From: an uncultured Chloroflexia bacterium
Lineage (GTDB): Bacteria; Chloroflexota; Chloroflexia; QHBQ01; JAICKM01
Assembly (NCBI GenBank): GCA_963784695.1
Contig: CAWARZ010000002.1
Span: 891,680 to 955,679 of the forward strand
Length of the DNA stretch: 64,000 nt
Reading direction: 5' to 3'
In this document: positions 8,979-19,702 of the stretch, piece after piece
How the letters are laid out: each line of letters starts with the position of its first letter
How positions within the stretch are numbered: the stretch's first letter is position 1
Notes under the pieces: generated by a model
The model's database searches: none
What the model was told of the DNA's origin: nothing
What the model saw: the letters and a program-made list of their open reading frames with translations, nothing else
Made by a program: the position numbers and the translations under genes

Positions 8979-9428
8979 TTACCCGCCCGGCGCGTTGGCC
9001 GCCAGGTCGATCAGGTCCAGCCCCAACTCCGCGTCGCGCGTGCGCGCGAGGGTCGTCGGCATCTCGGTCAGCACGACCTCCAGCGTCGGCCGCACGTACC
9101 CCGCCTTGACGTGCCCGCCGCAGGTGCTGCCGTCCGGCCGGCCGACGACAGCGTGGGCGTGGATCTTGGTCCGGCCGTCGGCCTGGCTGACGGTGCCGAT
9201 CAGGCTCAGCACCTCCACCTGGTCGTCGATCGGGATGTCCTGATACTGCTTGGTGTCCCAGTTGAAGTAGGCCAGCGCGGCGCGGCTGAAGGCGCCGATC
9301 GCCGTGAAGCGCCCGGCCGTGACGCCCTGCGCCTGCGCGAACTCGCGCACCCCGGCGATCAACTCGTCACCGCTCTCGAAGATGAGCACAAACATGCGCC
9401 CCGGGTGGGGCACTTCACGGGATTGCAT
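8979..9428 (-). CDS. PPC/DUF296 domain protein (AT-hook-less PCC-type DNA-binding fold).
   Basis: FVLIFESGDELIAGVREFAQAQGVTAGRFTAIGAFS pattern typical of DUF296. Start uncertain. Confidence 0.55.
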   Translation of the reverse strand: MQSREVPHPGRMFVLIFESGDELIAGVREFAQAQGVTAGRFTAIGAFSRAALAYFNWDTKQYQDIPIDDQVEVLSLIGTVSQADGRTKIHAHAVVGRPDGSTCGGHVKAGYVRPTLEVVLTEMPTTLARTRDAELGLDLIDLAANAPGG

Positions 9429-9431
9429 GGG

Positions 9432-12400
9432 TTACCTCCTCGGCCACACGCGCCGCCAGAGCGCGCCGCCGGCCAGCACCGCCGCGGCCAGGGCCGCGCC
9501 CGCGAGCACCCGGCCCGCGGATCCGCCGCCCGCCACGACATCGTCATCCGTCGCATCCGGCGCGCCTGAGCCATCGCGCAGGGCCAGATGCAGCACTTCG
9601 GCCAGGTGCAGCGCGCGCCGGTCGGTCGTCTGCGCGATCTGCTCGCGACAACTGAAGCCGTCGGCGATGATCAGCGCGTCGGGCGCCGCCTGGCGTACGG
9701 CGGGCAGCAGCACCCGCTCGCCCGCCTTGATCGAGACGTCGTAGTGTTCGCCACGCTCGAAGCCGAAGGCGCCGGCCATGCCGCAGCAGCCCGAGTCGAG
9801 CACGCGGTAGTCGAGGCCCATCGCGTCGAGTACGCGGGTCTCGTCGCGCATCGTCATGATCGCCTTGTGGTGGCAGTGGCCGTGAACCACCGCGGCGCGC
9901 GCCAGGTGCGGCGGCGTGTAGCCGTCGAGCCCGGTCAGGAACTCGCTGAGCAGGAACGCCTGGCCGCGGAGCCGCTTCGCGTCCTCGTCGTCAGGGAACA
10001 GGTTGGTGAGCTCGTCGCGGAAGACGGCCACGCAGCTGGGCTCCAGGCCGACGACCGGCGTACCGGCGCGGATCTCGTCGCGCAGCGTGTCGAGCACCTG
10101 GCGCAGCAGCCCGCGCGCCAGGCCGAGCATGCCCCAGTCGTAGAGCGGGCGGCCGCAGCAGAGCGACTGCCGCGGCACGATGACCTCGCAGCCCGCCGCC
10201 TCCAGCACCTCGACGGCCGCCCGGGCGGTCTCCGGGTGGAAGTGGTTGTTGAACGTGTCGGGCCAGAGGATCACCCGGCGGCCGCCTGCGGGCTTGCGGG
10301 GGCGCCGCTGGAACCAGGCCTGGAACGTCTGCGGGGCGAAGACGGGCAACCGACGCTGCGGCGCGATGCCGCCCGCGGCCTTCATCAGGGGGGCCAGCAG
10401 CGGCGCGTGCGTGACGAAGTTGACGACGCCGGGCGCGCGCGCGGCCAGCCGCGCCCACCAGTAGATCAGGCCCATGGTGTAGGCCGTGCGGGGGCGCAGG
10501 CGGCCCGCGTAGTAGTGGGCCAGGAACTCGGACTTGTAGGTCGCCATGTCGACGTCGACCGGGCAGTCGCCCTTGCAGCCTTTGCAGGCCAGACAGAGAT
10601 CGAGCGCCTCGCGCACCGGCTCGCTGCGCCAGCCGTCCGTCAGCGGCCCGCCCTCGAGCATCTCGAACAGGAGGCGGGCGCGGCCGCGCGTCGAGTGCTT
10701 CTCCTCGCGCGTGACCATGAAGCTGGGGCACATCGTCCCGCCGCCGAGCCGCCGGCACTTGCCGACGCCGACGCAGCGCAGCGTGGCGTGGGCGAAGCTG
10801 TGCTCGTCGGCGGGATATTGGAAGAAGGTGGTCACCGGGCGCGGGTTGTAGTCCGGGCCGAGGCGCAGGTTCTCGGTCGGCGCGTAGGGGTGCACGACCT
10901 TGCCCGGGTTCATGTGGTTGTCCGGATCCCAGATGGCCTTGAACTCGCCGAAGGCGCGCACGAGGTCGGGCCCGTACATCTTCGGCAGCAGCGCGCCCCG
11001 CGCCTGGCCGTCGCCGTGCTCGCCCGAGAGCGAGCCGCCGTAGCGCACGACCAGGTCGGCCGCCTCGTCGATGAACGCGGCGTAGTGGGCGATGCCCGCC
11101 GCGGTCACGAAGTCGAAATCGATGCGCAGGTGCACGCAGCCCTGGCCGAAGTGGCCGTAGAAGTCGCCCTCGTAGCCGTAGCGGTCGAGCAGCGCGCGCA
11201 GGTCGCGCAGGTAGGCGCTGAGCTTGGCGGGCGGGACGGCCGAGTCCTCCCAGCCGGGCCACGCATTCGGCTTGCCCGGCACCGCGTCGGTCGCGCCGAG
11301 CGCCGACTCGCGCACCTGCCAGACGCGCTGCTGCTGCGCCGGGTCGGCGTAGAGGCAGACCGCGGGCGCGGGGGCGGCCTGCCGCAGGGCGTCCTGCAGT
11401 GCGCGGGCCTTGCCGTCCGCCTCGTCCCGCGTCGCGCCGCCGAACTCGACCAGCAGCCAGGCCTGCCCGTCGGGCAGCAGCACCAGATCGTCGACGTGGA
11501 GCTGCTTCTTCTGCATGTCCTCGACCAGCCGGTGGTCGAAGCCCTCCAGGCCGATCGGCCCGTGCTCCAGGATCGCCGGCACGGCGTCGCAGGCGGCGTA
11601 GACGTCGGGGTAGCCGAGCACGGCCAGGCTGCGCACGGGCGGGCTGTCGACCAGGCGCAGTGTCGCTTCGAGCACGATCACGCAGGTGCTCTCGGTGCCG
11701 ACGAGGGCGCGGGCCACGTGGAAGCCGGCCTCGGGCAGCAGCTGGTCGAGGTTGTAGCCCGAGACGCGCCGCGGGATGTCGGGGAAGCGGGCGCGGATCT
11801 CGTCCGCGTAGCGGTCGCGCAGGTCGCGCAGGCGGGCGTAGATCGCCGCCGGGCGGCCGCCCGCGCGGATCGCCTGCTGCAAGCCGTCGTCGTCCAGCGC
11901 GCCCACGCGCAGGCGCAGGCCGTCGTAGGTCAAGATCTCCAGCGACTCGACGTTGTCGACCGTCTTGCCCGCCATGACCGAGTGGACGCCGCAGGAGTTG
12001 TTGCCGATCATGCCGCCAAGCGTGCAGTGATCGTGCGTGGCCGGGTCGGGCCCAAAGGTCAGGTGGTGCGCCTCGGCGGCGGCGCGCAGCGTATCGAGGA
12101 TGCAGCCCGGCTCGACGCGGGCGATCTTGCGCGCCGGGTCAATCTCGAGCACACGGTGCATGTACTTCGACATGTCGAGCACGACGGCGGCGTTGCAGCA
12201 CTGCCCGGCGAGGCTGGTGCCGCAGCCGCGGCCCAGGATGGGCGCGCCGAAGCGCCGGCAGACGGCCACCGCGGCCACCACGTCGTCGGCGTCGCGCGGC
12301 ACCACGACGCCGATCGGCACCTGGCGGTAGTTCGAGGCGTCGGTCGCGTAGAGCGCGCGGCTGCCGTCGTCGAAGCGCACCTCGCCGCGCACCCGCGCCC

Positions 12401-12495
12401 GCAGCGCGGCCGCCAGATCGGCCGCGGCCGCGCCGTCGCGCGCTTCCACCTCCGCGGTGGGCATCGCATCGGTCGCTGCACATGTGTTTGCCATG
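9432..12495 (-). CDS. Fused FAD-linked oxidase (GlcD/D-lactate dehydrogenase-like) plus Fe-S/CCG-domain oxidoreductase (GlpC/GlcF-like), with a C-terminal hydrophobic tail.
   Basis: FAD-binding PCMH domain, then 2x4Fe-4S (CPSFMV...CLACKGCKGDCP), then CCG cysteine-rich repeats. Start at MANTCAATDA (ATG approx 12495). The N-terminal 117 aa of the track ORF is not coding. Confidence 0.8.
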
Positions 12496-12928
12496 GTTCG
12501 GGTTCTCCTGCGCGGGACCGGCACGCGGACGCCGGCCCGGGATTGCGCGGGAGCCGCCAGGGCGCAGGATGGCCGCGGCGCCGGGCCGCTCCGCACGCCC
12601 AGCGTCCCGGCAAGATGCGGGCCGCGGGGGAGCAGCGCGGGGGCCGCTATGGGACGCGCACGCCGGATCGAAGTTGCATACTCGCAACGGGATCGGGATG
12701 ACTGGGCGGACACAGCGGCGCCGGGCCGCGGCGCGACCCACAAACCGGCACAGGCGGATGCCTCCGTGCCTGCTCCGCGATTGACGCTGCTCAGCGCGGT
12801 TGCTATACTGGCGGCGGGGGGTGCAAAGGAACGCACCGCCCGCCCCACTGGAAGGAGCAGGAGGAGACCACTCGCCCCGCGCGGCCCCCGCGCGGCTCCC
12901 GTGATACGGAGAAAGGACTCGAAGAACC

Positions 12929-15900
12929 ATGCGGCGCATATCAGTGTGGATCGGCGTCGGCGTCGTGCTGCTTGCGATGCTGGCCCTCGGCTCGTGGGAT
13001 GCCTGGGCGCATCCCGCTTTCGACCCGGCCGTCGCGCCGGCCGCGGTCCCGGCGGCCGCGGCCCCCGTGGCGCGCACAGCCTACCAGCCCCCCGCCGTCG
13101 GCGTCAAGCTGCGCACGGACGCCTGGCAGGTTAACACCTATATTGACGCGGCGACGCATATCGACCGCCGGCTCCTGACCAAGTGGGACCGGGACTCGAC
13201 AGCCGCGCAAGACTTCGTGGTCTACCTGCGCGCGCAGGCCGACACCGGCAACAGCATCGCCGACTGGAACGCCAAGGGCGCCTACGTGCTGCACGCGCTG
13301 GAGACGGTCGCCAACGCCACGCAGCCCGCCGTGATGCAGACGATCCTGGCGCAGAAGGCCGCGGGCCAGGTCACCACGTCGATGCAGTTCACCATCATGA
13401 ACGCCATCTACGTGCACGGCGACCTGGCGGCCGCGCTGGCGCTCGCCGCCCGGCCCGACGTGGCCTACGTCGAGATTGACCACGAGTACACGCCGCTCGC
13501 CGACGGCGCCGCGGCGCCCGTGCTGCGGCTCGGCATCGCCGCCGCGCCCGCCACGATCGAGCTTGGCGTGCAGACGGTACATGCCCCGCAGGCCTGGACG
13601 ATGGGCTACACCGGCCAGGGCATTGTCGTCGGTCACATCGACACCGGCGTGCAGTACGACCACCCCGCGCTGGTCGCCAAGTACCGCGGCAACCTGGGCG
13701 GTGGCAACTTCGACCACAACTACAACTGGTGGGACACCACCTCGGCGCATCAGCCCGTGCCCTACGACGACAACAACCACGGCACGCACACCATCGGCAC
13801 CGTGCTCGGCGACGACGGCGGCACCAACCAGATCGGCGTCGCCCCCGGCGCCAAGTTCATGAGCGCCAAGGTCTTCCCCGGCGGCGGCTCCTCCGGCAAC
13901 GAGGAGATCACCCCGGCCGAGGACTTCATGCTCGCCCCGTGGGACCTGAACGGCCAGAACCGCGACCCGAGCAAGCGCCCGCAGATCGTCACCAACTCCT
14001 GGGGCGACAACGAGTGCTGGAACACCGATAGCTGGCTGATCACCCAGGCCTGGATCGACGCGGGCATCATTCCCGTCTTCGCCAACGGTAACGCCGGCCC
14101 GTCGGTCGGGTCCGTCGGCTCACCCGGCGGCTATCCGTTCAACATCGGCGTCGGGGCCATCAGCGCCAGCACGCTGCAGATCGCCAGCTTCTCCAGCCGC
14201 GGTCCCAGTTGCTGGAACGGCGCACTCAAGCCCGACGTGGTCGCGCCCGGCGTGGCCGTGCGCTCCAGTTTTGCCAACCCGCCCAACAGCTACGGCGTCG
14301 AGAGCGGCACCTCGATGGCGACCCCGCACACTGCGGGCGTGCTCGCGCTGCTGCTCAGCGCCAATCCCTCGCTGACCTACACCGACGCCTTCAGCATCCT
14401 GACCCGCACGACCTACTTCGACGCCTCTTGGGGCACGCAGCCGAACAACAACTACGGCTGGGGCCTCGTCCGGGCCGACAACGCCATCGACATGGCCCTG
14501 CACGCGGCGCGCGTCACCGGCCAGACCACGAGCGGCGCGACGCCGCTGCACGGCGTCGACATCACGGCTGTGCGCACCAGCGACAACGACACGTATCACA
14601 CCGCGTCGGCTGGCGACGGCAATTACCACATGTACCTGCGCGCCGGCACATATGACGTCACCGCCTCGGCGTTCGGCTACCAGACGCAGCAGATCAGCGC
14701 GCAGAGCTTCCTGAGCGATACGACGAGCACGCTGAACATAAACCTGCCGCCGGAGACCACCTACCCGGTCAGCGGCCACTTGCTGCTGGCGGGCGCTTGC
14801 TCGCCGCTCTCGGGCACGGTGCGCATCACGCCGCCGGGCTGGCTCACGGTGACCGCCGACGCCGGCACGGGCATGTACACCACGAGCCTGCCCGCCGGCA
14901 CCTACACCTTCGTCGCCCGGGCGGGTGCCGCCATGCAGCCCGTGACGTCGACCGTCGCGGTCAGCGGGCCGACCACGCAGGACTTCACCTTCGGGCCGGC
15001 CCACGACAATTCCTACGTGGTCGACACCCCGGCTTTCAACTGGATCCCGGGCACCGACCAGTTGACCGTGAGCGACGGCGAGGACGGCTACGGGAGCGTG
15101 GCGCTGCCCTTTGCCTTCAACTACTACGGCACCAGCTACTCCACGCTCAACGTCGCGGTGAACGGCTATGCCTCGTTCGACGCGATCAGCAGCAGCAGCA
15201 TGTGGGCGAACACCAACATCCCGAACCCCGGGCCCACGCCCCGGCCGGGCGATCCGGCCTACCCGAACAATGCGCTCTACCCCTACTGGGATGACCTGGC
15301 GATCGCCCCACGCTTCGGCAGCGGCGCGATCTACACCGGAGTGACCGGATCGGCGCCGAACCGCACGTTCGTGGTCGAGTGGCGCGACGCGGACGGCGCC
15401 GGCGCGCCGATCACGTTCGAGATCCAGCTGGACGAGACGACCAACCAGATCACCTTCGCCTATCAGTCGGTGGCCGCGCCCTACGGCTACGGCTACAGCG
15501 CGACCGAGGGAATCGAGAACGCCACCGGCACCGACGGCATCGAGTTCGGCCTGAATTGGAGGGGCATCGTCGGCAATCAGCAAGCCTATCGCTTCACGCC
15601 GGGCACGGCGCCGGTCATCACGCCGTGCGTTCTGCCCACGGAGACGCCCGTCCCACCAACGGCCACGCCGGTGCCGCCTACGGCCACGCCGATCGCGGCG
15701 ACGAACACTCCGGTGGCGCCCACGGCAACGGTCGTGCTGTCGACCCCGACGCCGCCCGCGGCGACGGAAACCCCCTGCGCCATCAGCTTCAGCGACGTGC
15801 ATACTACTGACTACTTCTATCAGCCGGTCCTCTATCTGGCCTGCCACGGCGTGATCAGCGGCTACGCGGACGGCACGTTCCGGCCGTACGCCAACACGAC

Positions 15901-16426
15901 GCGCGCCCAGATGGTCAAGATCGTCGTTCTCGGCTTCGGCACGCCGATCACCACGCCGCCGTCGGGCGGCTACACCTTCGCCGACGTGCAGCCCAGCTTC
16001 CCGTTCTTCGACGTCATCGAGACGGCGGCGGCGAACAACATCGTCTCGGGCTACAACTGCGGCGGGCCGGGCGAGCCCTGCGACGGGCAGCACCGCCCGT
16101 ACTTCCGCCCCTACAACAACGTGACCCGTGGCCAATTGTCCAAGATCGACGCCGTGGCGGCGGGTTGGACGCTGATCAACCCGACCAACCCGACCTTCGC
16201 CGACGTGCTGCCCAACACCGCCTTCTACACCTTCGTGGAGACGGCGGCCTGTGAAGGCGTCATCTCCGGCTACACCTGCGGCGGCCCGGGCGAGCCCTGC
16301 GATCCCAACAATCGCCCGTACTTCCGCCAGGGCAACAACGCCACCCGCGGCCAGATCGCCAAGATCGTCTATCTGTCGATCACCGGCTCGGGCGTGGCCT
16401 GCAGTCCGCCCGCGAGCGGCAAGTAG
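12929..16426 (+). CDS. Secreted subtilisin-like serine protease (peptidase S8) with I9 propeptide, extra beta-rich domains, a Pro/Thr linker and three C-terminal SLH (S-layer homology) domains.
   Basis: Signal peptide. Catalytic D (HIDTGV), H (NHGTHT), S (GTSMATPH). PTxTP linker. Three SLH repeats (FSDVHTTDYFYQPVLYLACHGVISGY, FADVQPSFPFFDVIETAAANNIVSGY, FADVLPNTAFYTFVETAACEGVISGY). Confidence 0.9.
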   Translation: MRRISVWIGVGVVLLAMLALGSWDAWAHPAFDPAVAPAAVPAAAAPVARTAYQPPAVGVKLRTDAWQVNTYIDAATHIDRRLLTKWDRDSTAAQDFVVYLRAQADTGNSIADWNAKGAYVLHALETVANATQPAVMQTILAQKAAGQVTTSMQFTIMNAIYVHGDLAAALALAARPDVAYVEIDHEYTPLADGAAAPVLRLGIAAAPATIELGVQTVHAPQAWTMGYTGQGIVVGHIDTGVQYDHPALVAKYRGNLGGGNFDHNYNWWDTTSAHQPVPYDDNNHGTHTIGTVLGDDGGTNQIGVAPGAKFMSAKVFPGGGSSGNEEITPAEDFMLAPWDLNGQNRDPSKRPQIVTNSWGDNECWNTDSWLITQAWIDAGIIPVFANGNAGPSVGSVGSPGGYPFNIGVGAISASTLQIASFSSRGPSCWNGALKPDVVAPGVAVRSSFANPPNSYGVESGTSMATPHTAGVLALLLSANPSLTYTDAFSILTRTTYFDASWGTQPNNNYGWGLVRADNAIDMALHAARVTGQTTSGATPLHGVDITAVRTSDNDTYHTASAGDGNYHMYLRAGTYDVTASAFGYQTQQISAQSFLSDTTSTLNINLPPETTYPVSGHLLLAGACSPLSGTVRITPPGWLTVTADAGTGMYTTSLPAGTYTFVARAGAAMQPVTSTVAVSGPTTQDFTFGPAHDNSYVVDTPAFNWIPGTDQLTVSDGEDGYGSVALPFAFNYYGTSYSTLNVAVNGYASFDAISSSSMWANTNIPNPGPTPRPGDPAYPNNALYPYWDDLAIAPRFGSGAIYTGVTGSAPNRTFVVEWRDADGAGAPITFEIQLDETTNQITFAYQSVAAPYGYGYSATEGIENATGTDGIEFGLNWRGIVGNQQAYRFTPGTAPVITPCVLPTETPVPPTATPVPPTATPIAATNTPVAPTATVVLSTPTPPAATETPCAISFSDVHTTDYFYQPVLYLACHGVISGYADGTFRPYANTTRAQMVKIVVLGFGTPITTPPSGGYTFADVQPSFPFFDVIETAAANNIVSGYNCGGPGEPCDGQHRPYFRPYNNVTRGQLSKIDAVAAGWTLINPTNPTFADVLPNTAFYTFVETAACEGVISGYTCGGPGEPCDPNNRPYFRQGNNATRGQIAKIVYLSITGSGVACSPPASGK

Positions 16427-16454
16427 GCGAAGCGCCCGGGCATCCGGGCACCCG

Positions 16455-16492
16455 CGGGAGGGGGCGCGCCGCACGGCGCGCCCCCTTTCCGT
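16455..16492 (+). terminator. Intrinsic terminator after the protease gene.
   Basis: GGGGCGCGCC-GCAC-GGCGCGCCCC followed by CTTTCC. Confidence 0.5.
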
Positions 16493-16538
16493 GCGGCGGC
16501 GCGCCGACCCGACGCGTGCCGTGGGCGCCCGATCGCGG

Positions 16539-16567
16539 TTGACACCCATCCGGGGAATCCGTATAAT
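16539..16567 (+). promoter_or_regulatory. Consensus sigma-70 promoter TTGACA-17-TATAAT for rpmH-rnpA-yidD-yidC.
   Basis: GGTTGACACCCATCCGGGGAATCCGTATAATAGG about 100 nt upstream of the rpmH ATG. Confidence 0.6.
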
Positions 16568-16665
16568 AGGTCAGTGCATCGCGGCCCGGCCGGGGATAGA
16601 TGACGCCCGCATGACCCGCGATCCGCGCCATCATTCTCGACTGGAACAGGAGTACCGAACCGTCC

Positions 16666-16824
16666 ATGAAGCGAACCTATCAGCCAAAGCGCGTGCCGCG
16701 CCTGCGTGAGCACGGATTTATGAAGCGCATGTCCACCCGCGGCGGCCGCCTGGTGCTGGCCGCCCGCCGGATCAAGGGGCGCAAGCGCCTCAGCGTTTCC
16801 GCGTATCAGAAGGGGCCGCGCTAG
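16666..16824 (+). CDS. rpmH: 50S ribosomal protein L34.
   Basis: [52 protein letters not shown] (52 aa). Not in the track because it is under 60 aa. Confidence 0.9.
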   Translation: MKRTYQPKRVPRLREHGFMKRMSTRGGRLVLAARRIKGRKRLSVSAYQKGPR

Positions 16825-16829
16825 TCGCG

Positions 16830-17249
16830 ATGCCGCGCCGGCCGGCCGGCTCGGCCCCGTTCGCCTTTCCCCGGTCCCGGCGGTTGGCGCACAGCGCCGA
16901 CATCGACCGAGTCCGGCGGGCCGGGCGCTACTGGGCGGTCGGGCCGGTCGTTCTCTATGCCGCCCCCGGCCCGCAGCCGGACGCGCCGGCCCGCGCGGCC
17001 GTGGTGGCCGGCAAGAAGATCGGCAACGCGGTGGCCCGCAATCGCGCCAAACGGTGGATGCGTGAAGCTTTCCGCCTGGCCGCTCCGTATATACAGCAAG
17101 GCTGGGACCTGGTCTGGATTGCCCGTCCCAGTCTCGCGCGTGCGGATTTCGGGCAGGTCCAGGCAGCGATGACGGAATGTCTCAAGCGAGGGCGCCTCGA
17201 TGAAAACTCTGGCCCTGTGGTCGATCCGGCTGTATCAGAAGACCCTTAG
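16830..17249 (+). CDS. rnpA: Ribonuclease P protein component.
   Basis: Synteny after rpmH; basic RnpA fold motifs (RLAHSADIDRVRRAG, KKIGNAVARNRAKR). Confidence 0.85.
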   Translation: MPRRPAGSAPFAFPRSRRLAHSADIDRVRRAGRYWAVGPVVLYAAPGPQPDAPARAAVVAGKKIGNAVARNRAKRWMREAFRLAAPYIQQGWDLVWIARPSLARADFGQVQAAMTECLKRGRLDENSGPVVDPAVSEDP

Positions 17250-17409
17250 TCAGGCCCTCCCGCCCAGCTGCCGCTTTGTCCCCAGCTGTTCCGAGTACGG
17301 CTATCAGGCGATCGCCAAGTACGGATTCCTGAAAGGGACGGTCATGGCGGTGTGGCGCGTGCTGCGTTGTAACCCCTTCAACGACGGGGGTTTTGATCCC
17401 GTTCCTTAA
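17200..17409 (+). CDS. yidD: Membrane protein insertion efficiency factor YidD.
   Basis: CRFVPSCSEYGYQAIAKYG motif. Overlaps the rnpA 3' end as usual. Confidence 0.85.
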   Translation: MKTLALWSIRLYQKTLSQALPPSCRFVPSCSEYGYQAIAKYGFLKGTVMAVWRVLRCNPFNDGGFDPVP

Positions 17410-17420
17410 GGAGTCTTTTG

Positions 17421-18570
17421 TTGGAAATCCCAGGTTGGATTCAGTTTGTCAACGCGATTGAATGGTCGCTGCAGACAATCAACCAGTGGGTCGGCAACCC
17501 GGGGTTGGCGATCATTATTTTCACCCTCCTGATCAAGCTGCTGACCCTGCCGCTGACGCTCAAGTCGTTCCGCTCGACCAAAGAGATGCAGCGCATCCAG
17601 CCGTTGATCAAGGAGATTAACAAGCGCTACAAGGACGACAAGACCAAGGCGCAAGCCGAGACCATGCGGGTCTATCAAGAGCACGGCGTCAATCCCATGG
17701 GCGGCTGCTTGCCGATGATCGTCCAGCTGCCTATCTTCTTCGCCCTCTACCAGGCGCTCGGCACCCTGATCGGCTTCAGCGGGCATACCGCCATCGACCC
17801 CACCTTCAGCGAAGGCTTCCTCTGGGTGCCCAACCTGGCGCAGGCCGACCCCTGGCACATTTGGCCCGTCCTGTCGGGCGTCTTCCAGTTCGTCACCCAG
17901 CGCATGTCGCAGCCCTACGGCTACAGCAAGACGGTCGACAAGCAGCAAGCCATGATGAACCGCATCATGCAGTTCACGCCGATCTACCTGGTCGTGATTT
18001 ACATGGGCTTCGCCTCCGGGGCGGTCATCTACTGGACCTTCTCGGGCATCTTCACCGCCGTCCAAACCTACGTCATCAACGGCTTCGGCAGCCTGCCCGA
18101 GGTCCCCGGCCTGCAATGGCTGCCGGTGCGGACGCTGGCCCCACCGACGCCGAAGATCCTCGAAGAGATGGCCGAGGTCGACGCCGAGGCCGATGTGGCC
18201 AAGGGCCGCCGCCGCCGCACGACCGCGAGCGTGGGCACAATCCCGAGCCGCAGTCCGGCCACCGCGCCGAGCCTGCCGAGCGGCATCGACCACCGGCCGG
18301 CCGCCTGCCCGCGGCTTCATGGCCAAGATGATCGAGCAGGCGATGGCCGCGCAGGAGGCCCAGCAGGCCGCCAAGGCCCGCCAGGCCGAAGCGAACGGCA
18401 CCACCGATGGCTATGACGACGAGGAAGCACAGGACGAGGTGCCCGAAGCGACGCCCGCCCGCTCCTCGCGCACCTATAGCAGCAGCAGCAGCGCGAACGG
18501 AACGGCCGAGAGTGCCGGCGACGTTCCCACGGGATCGTCGTTGCCCCGCAAGCGCCGGAGCAAACGCTGA
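17421..18570 (+). CDS. yidC: YidC/Oxa1 membrane protein insertase (short form). A probable +1 frameshift near 18300..18320 moves the C-terminal basic tail into the 18193..18570 frame.
   Basis: Five TM helices, conserved Oxa1 core. After approx 18310 the GC3-rich coding signal switches to the +1 frame (…MAKMIEQAMAAQEAQQAAKARQ...RKRRSKR*). RBS AAGGAG. Confidence 0.7.
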
Positions 18571-18705
18571 CCCGGCCCCGCCGATCCCGTTCCCGCAGCC
18601 CTCAGCCCGGCTCGCCCAGCGCTGAGGGCTGGCGGATTCCTGCGACGGGTAAGGCGGCTTGGGCTTAGGGTCAGCCCTCAGTAGGATGGAAGGAACCACA
18701 TAGCA

Positions 18706-19702
18706 ATGGCAATGCGACAGGTGGAGATCCAGGCCCGCAGCGTGGACGAGGCCGTGCGGCTGGCGCTCGAACAGATGGGGCGTACGCGCGACCAGGTCGA
18801 TATCGAGGTGCTCAGCGGCAGCGAGACCGGGAGCGAGGACGACGAGGTGCTCGTGCGCGTCACGGCGCGCGAGCAGCTGTCGGGCGCGCGCGAGCGCGAA
18901 ATGCGCGCGGCGCGCGAGGGCAGCGCCCCGCGCCCGGCCCCGGCGGTCGAGGTGCCCCGCGAGCCGCTCTACGAGCCGGCGCCGCCGCCCGCGCGCCCCG
19001 CGCGGCCCCCGGAGCGAGCGGCCGGATCGCGGCGACCGCGGCGAGCGGTTCGGCCGGGGCCGCGGCGAGCGCCACGAGCGCGGCCCGCGGAGCGACCACG
19101 GCGAGCGTCCCGTCCCGAGCGAGCCGCTGCCGCCCGGGCACGTCGAGCTCGACCCGGCGCTCGAAGCCGGGAACGCCGAGAGCCAGAACTTCGAGAGTCC
19201 GGCCGACGCCGTCGCGCCGACCGCCGCCGAGATCCTCCAGCAGCTGCTCTCCGGCATGCGCTTCGACGCCCACATCGCCCGCCACGACGAGGAAGGCGAA
19301 GCCGCCGTCAACGCGGGGGGCGATGAGCCGGCCGTGGTGCTGAACATCACCGGCCTCAGCGAGCCCGACGAGCACCAGCTGATCGGCCGGCGCGGCGAGC
19401 ACCTGGCCGCCCTGCAGTTCATGGTCAACCTGCTGCTCGGCGCCCGCACCGACCTGTGGGCGCGCGTGGTCGTCGACGTCGACGGCTACCGCATCAAGCG
19501 CAAGCAGGCGCTCACGCTGCTGGCCGAGCGCATGGCGGATCGCGTGGTCGAGCAGGGCCAGCCCTACCCGCTGGAGCCGATGTCGCCCTACGACCGCCGC
19601 ATCGTCCACATGGCGCTGTCCGAGCATCCCCAGGTCATGACCGAGAGCACCGGGGAGGGCGAGGAGCGCCGCGTCGTGATCATGCTGCGGCAGGATCGGT
19701 GA
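18706..19702 (+). CDS. jag: Jag/KhpB (EloR-like) RNA-binding protein with Jag_N, KH and R3H domains. +1 frameshift within the R/E/G-rich linker at approx 19000..19025.
   Basis: N-terminal MAMRQVEIQARSVDEAVRLALEQMG (Jag_N). The C-terminal frame 19256..19702 carries KH/R3H (VVLNITGLSEPDEHQLIGRRGEHLAALQF...RRIVHMAL). Upstream of 19256 the same frame reads the DRGDRGERFGRGRGERHERG linker. Confidence 0.75.

Noticed and set aside
9588-12701. 1037-aa plus-strand ORF
   Set aside because: Antisense to the well-supported FAD-oxidase/Fe-S gene; no domain signal.
14120-16549. 809-aa minus-strand ORF
   Set aside because: Antisense to the S8 protease gene.
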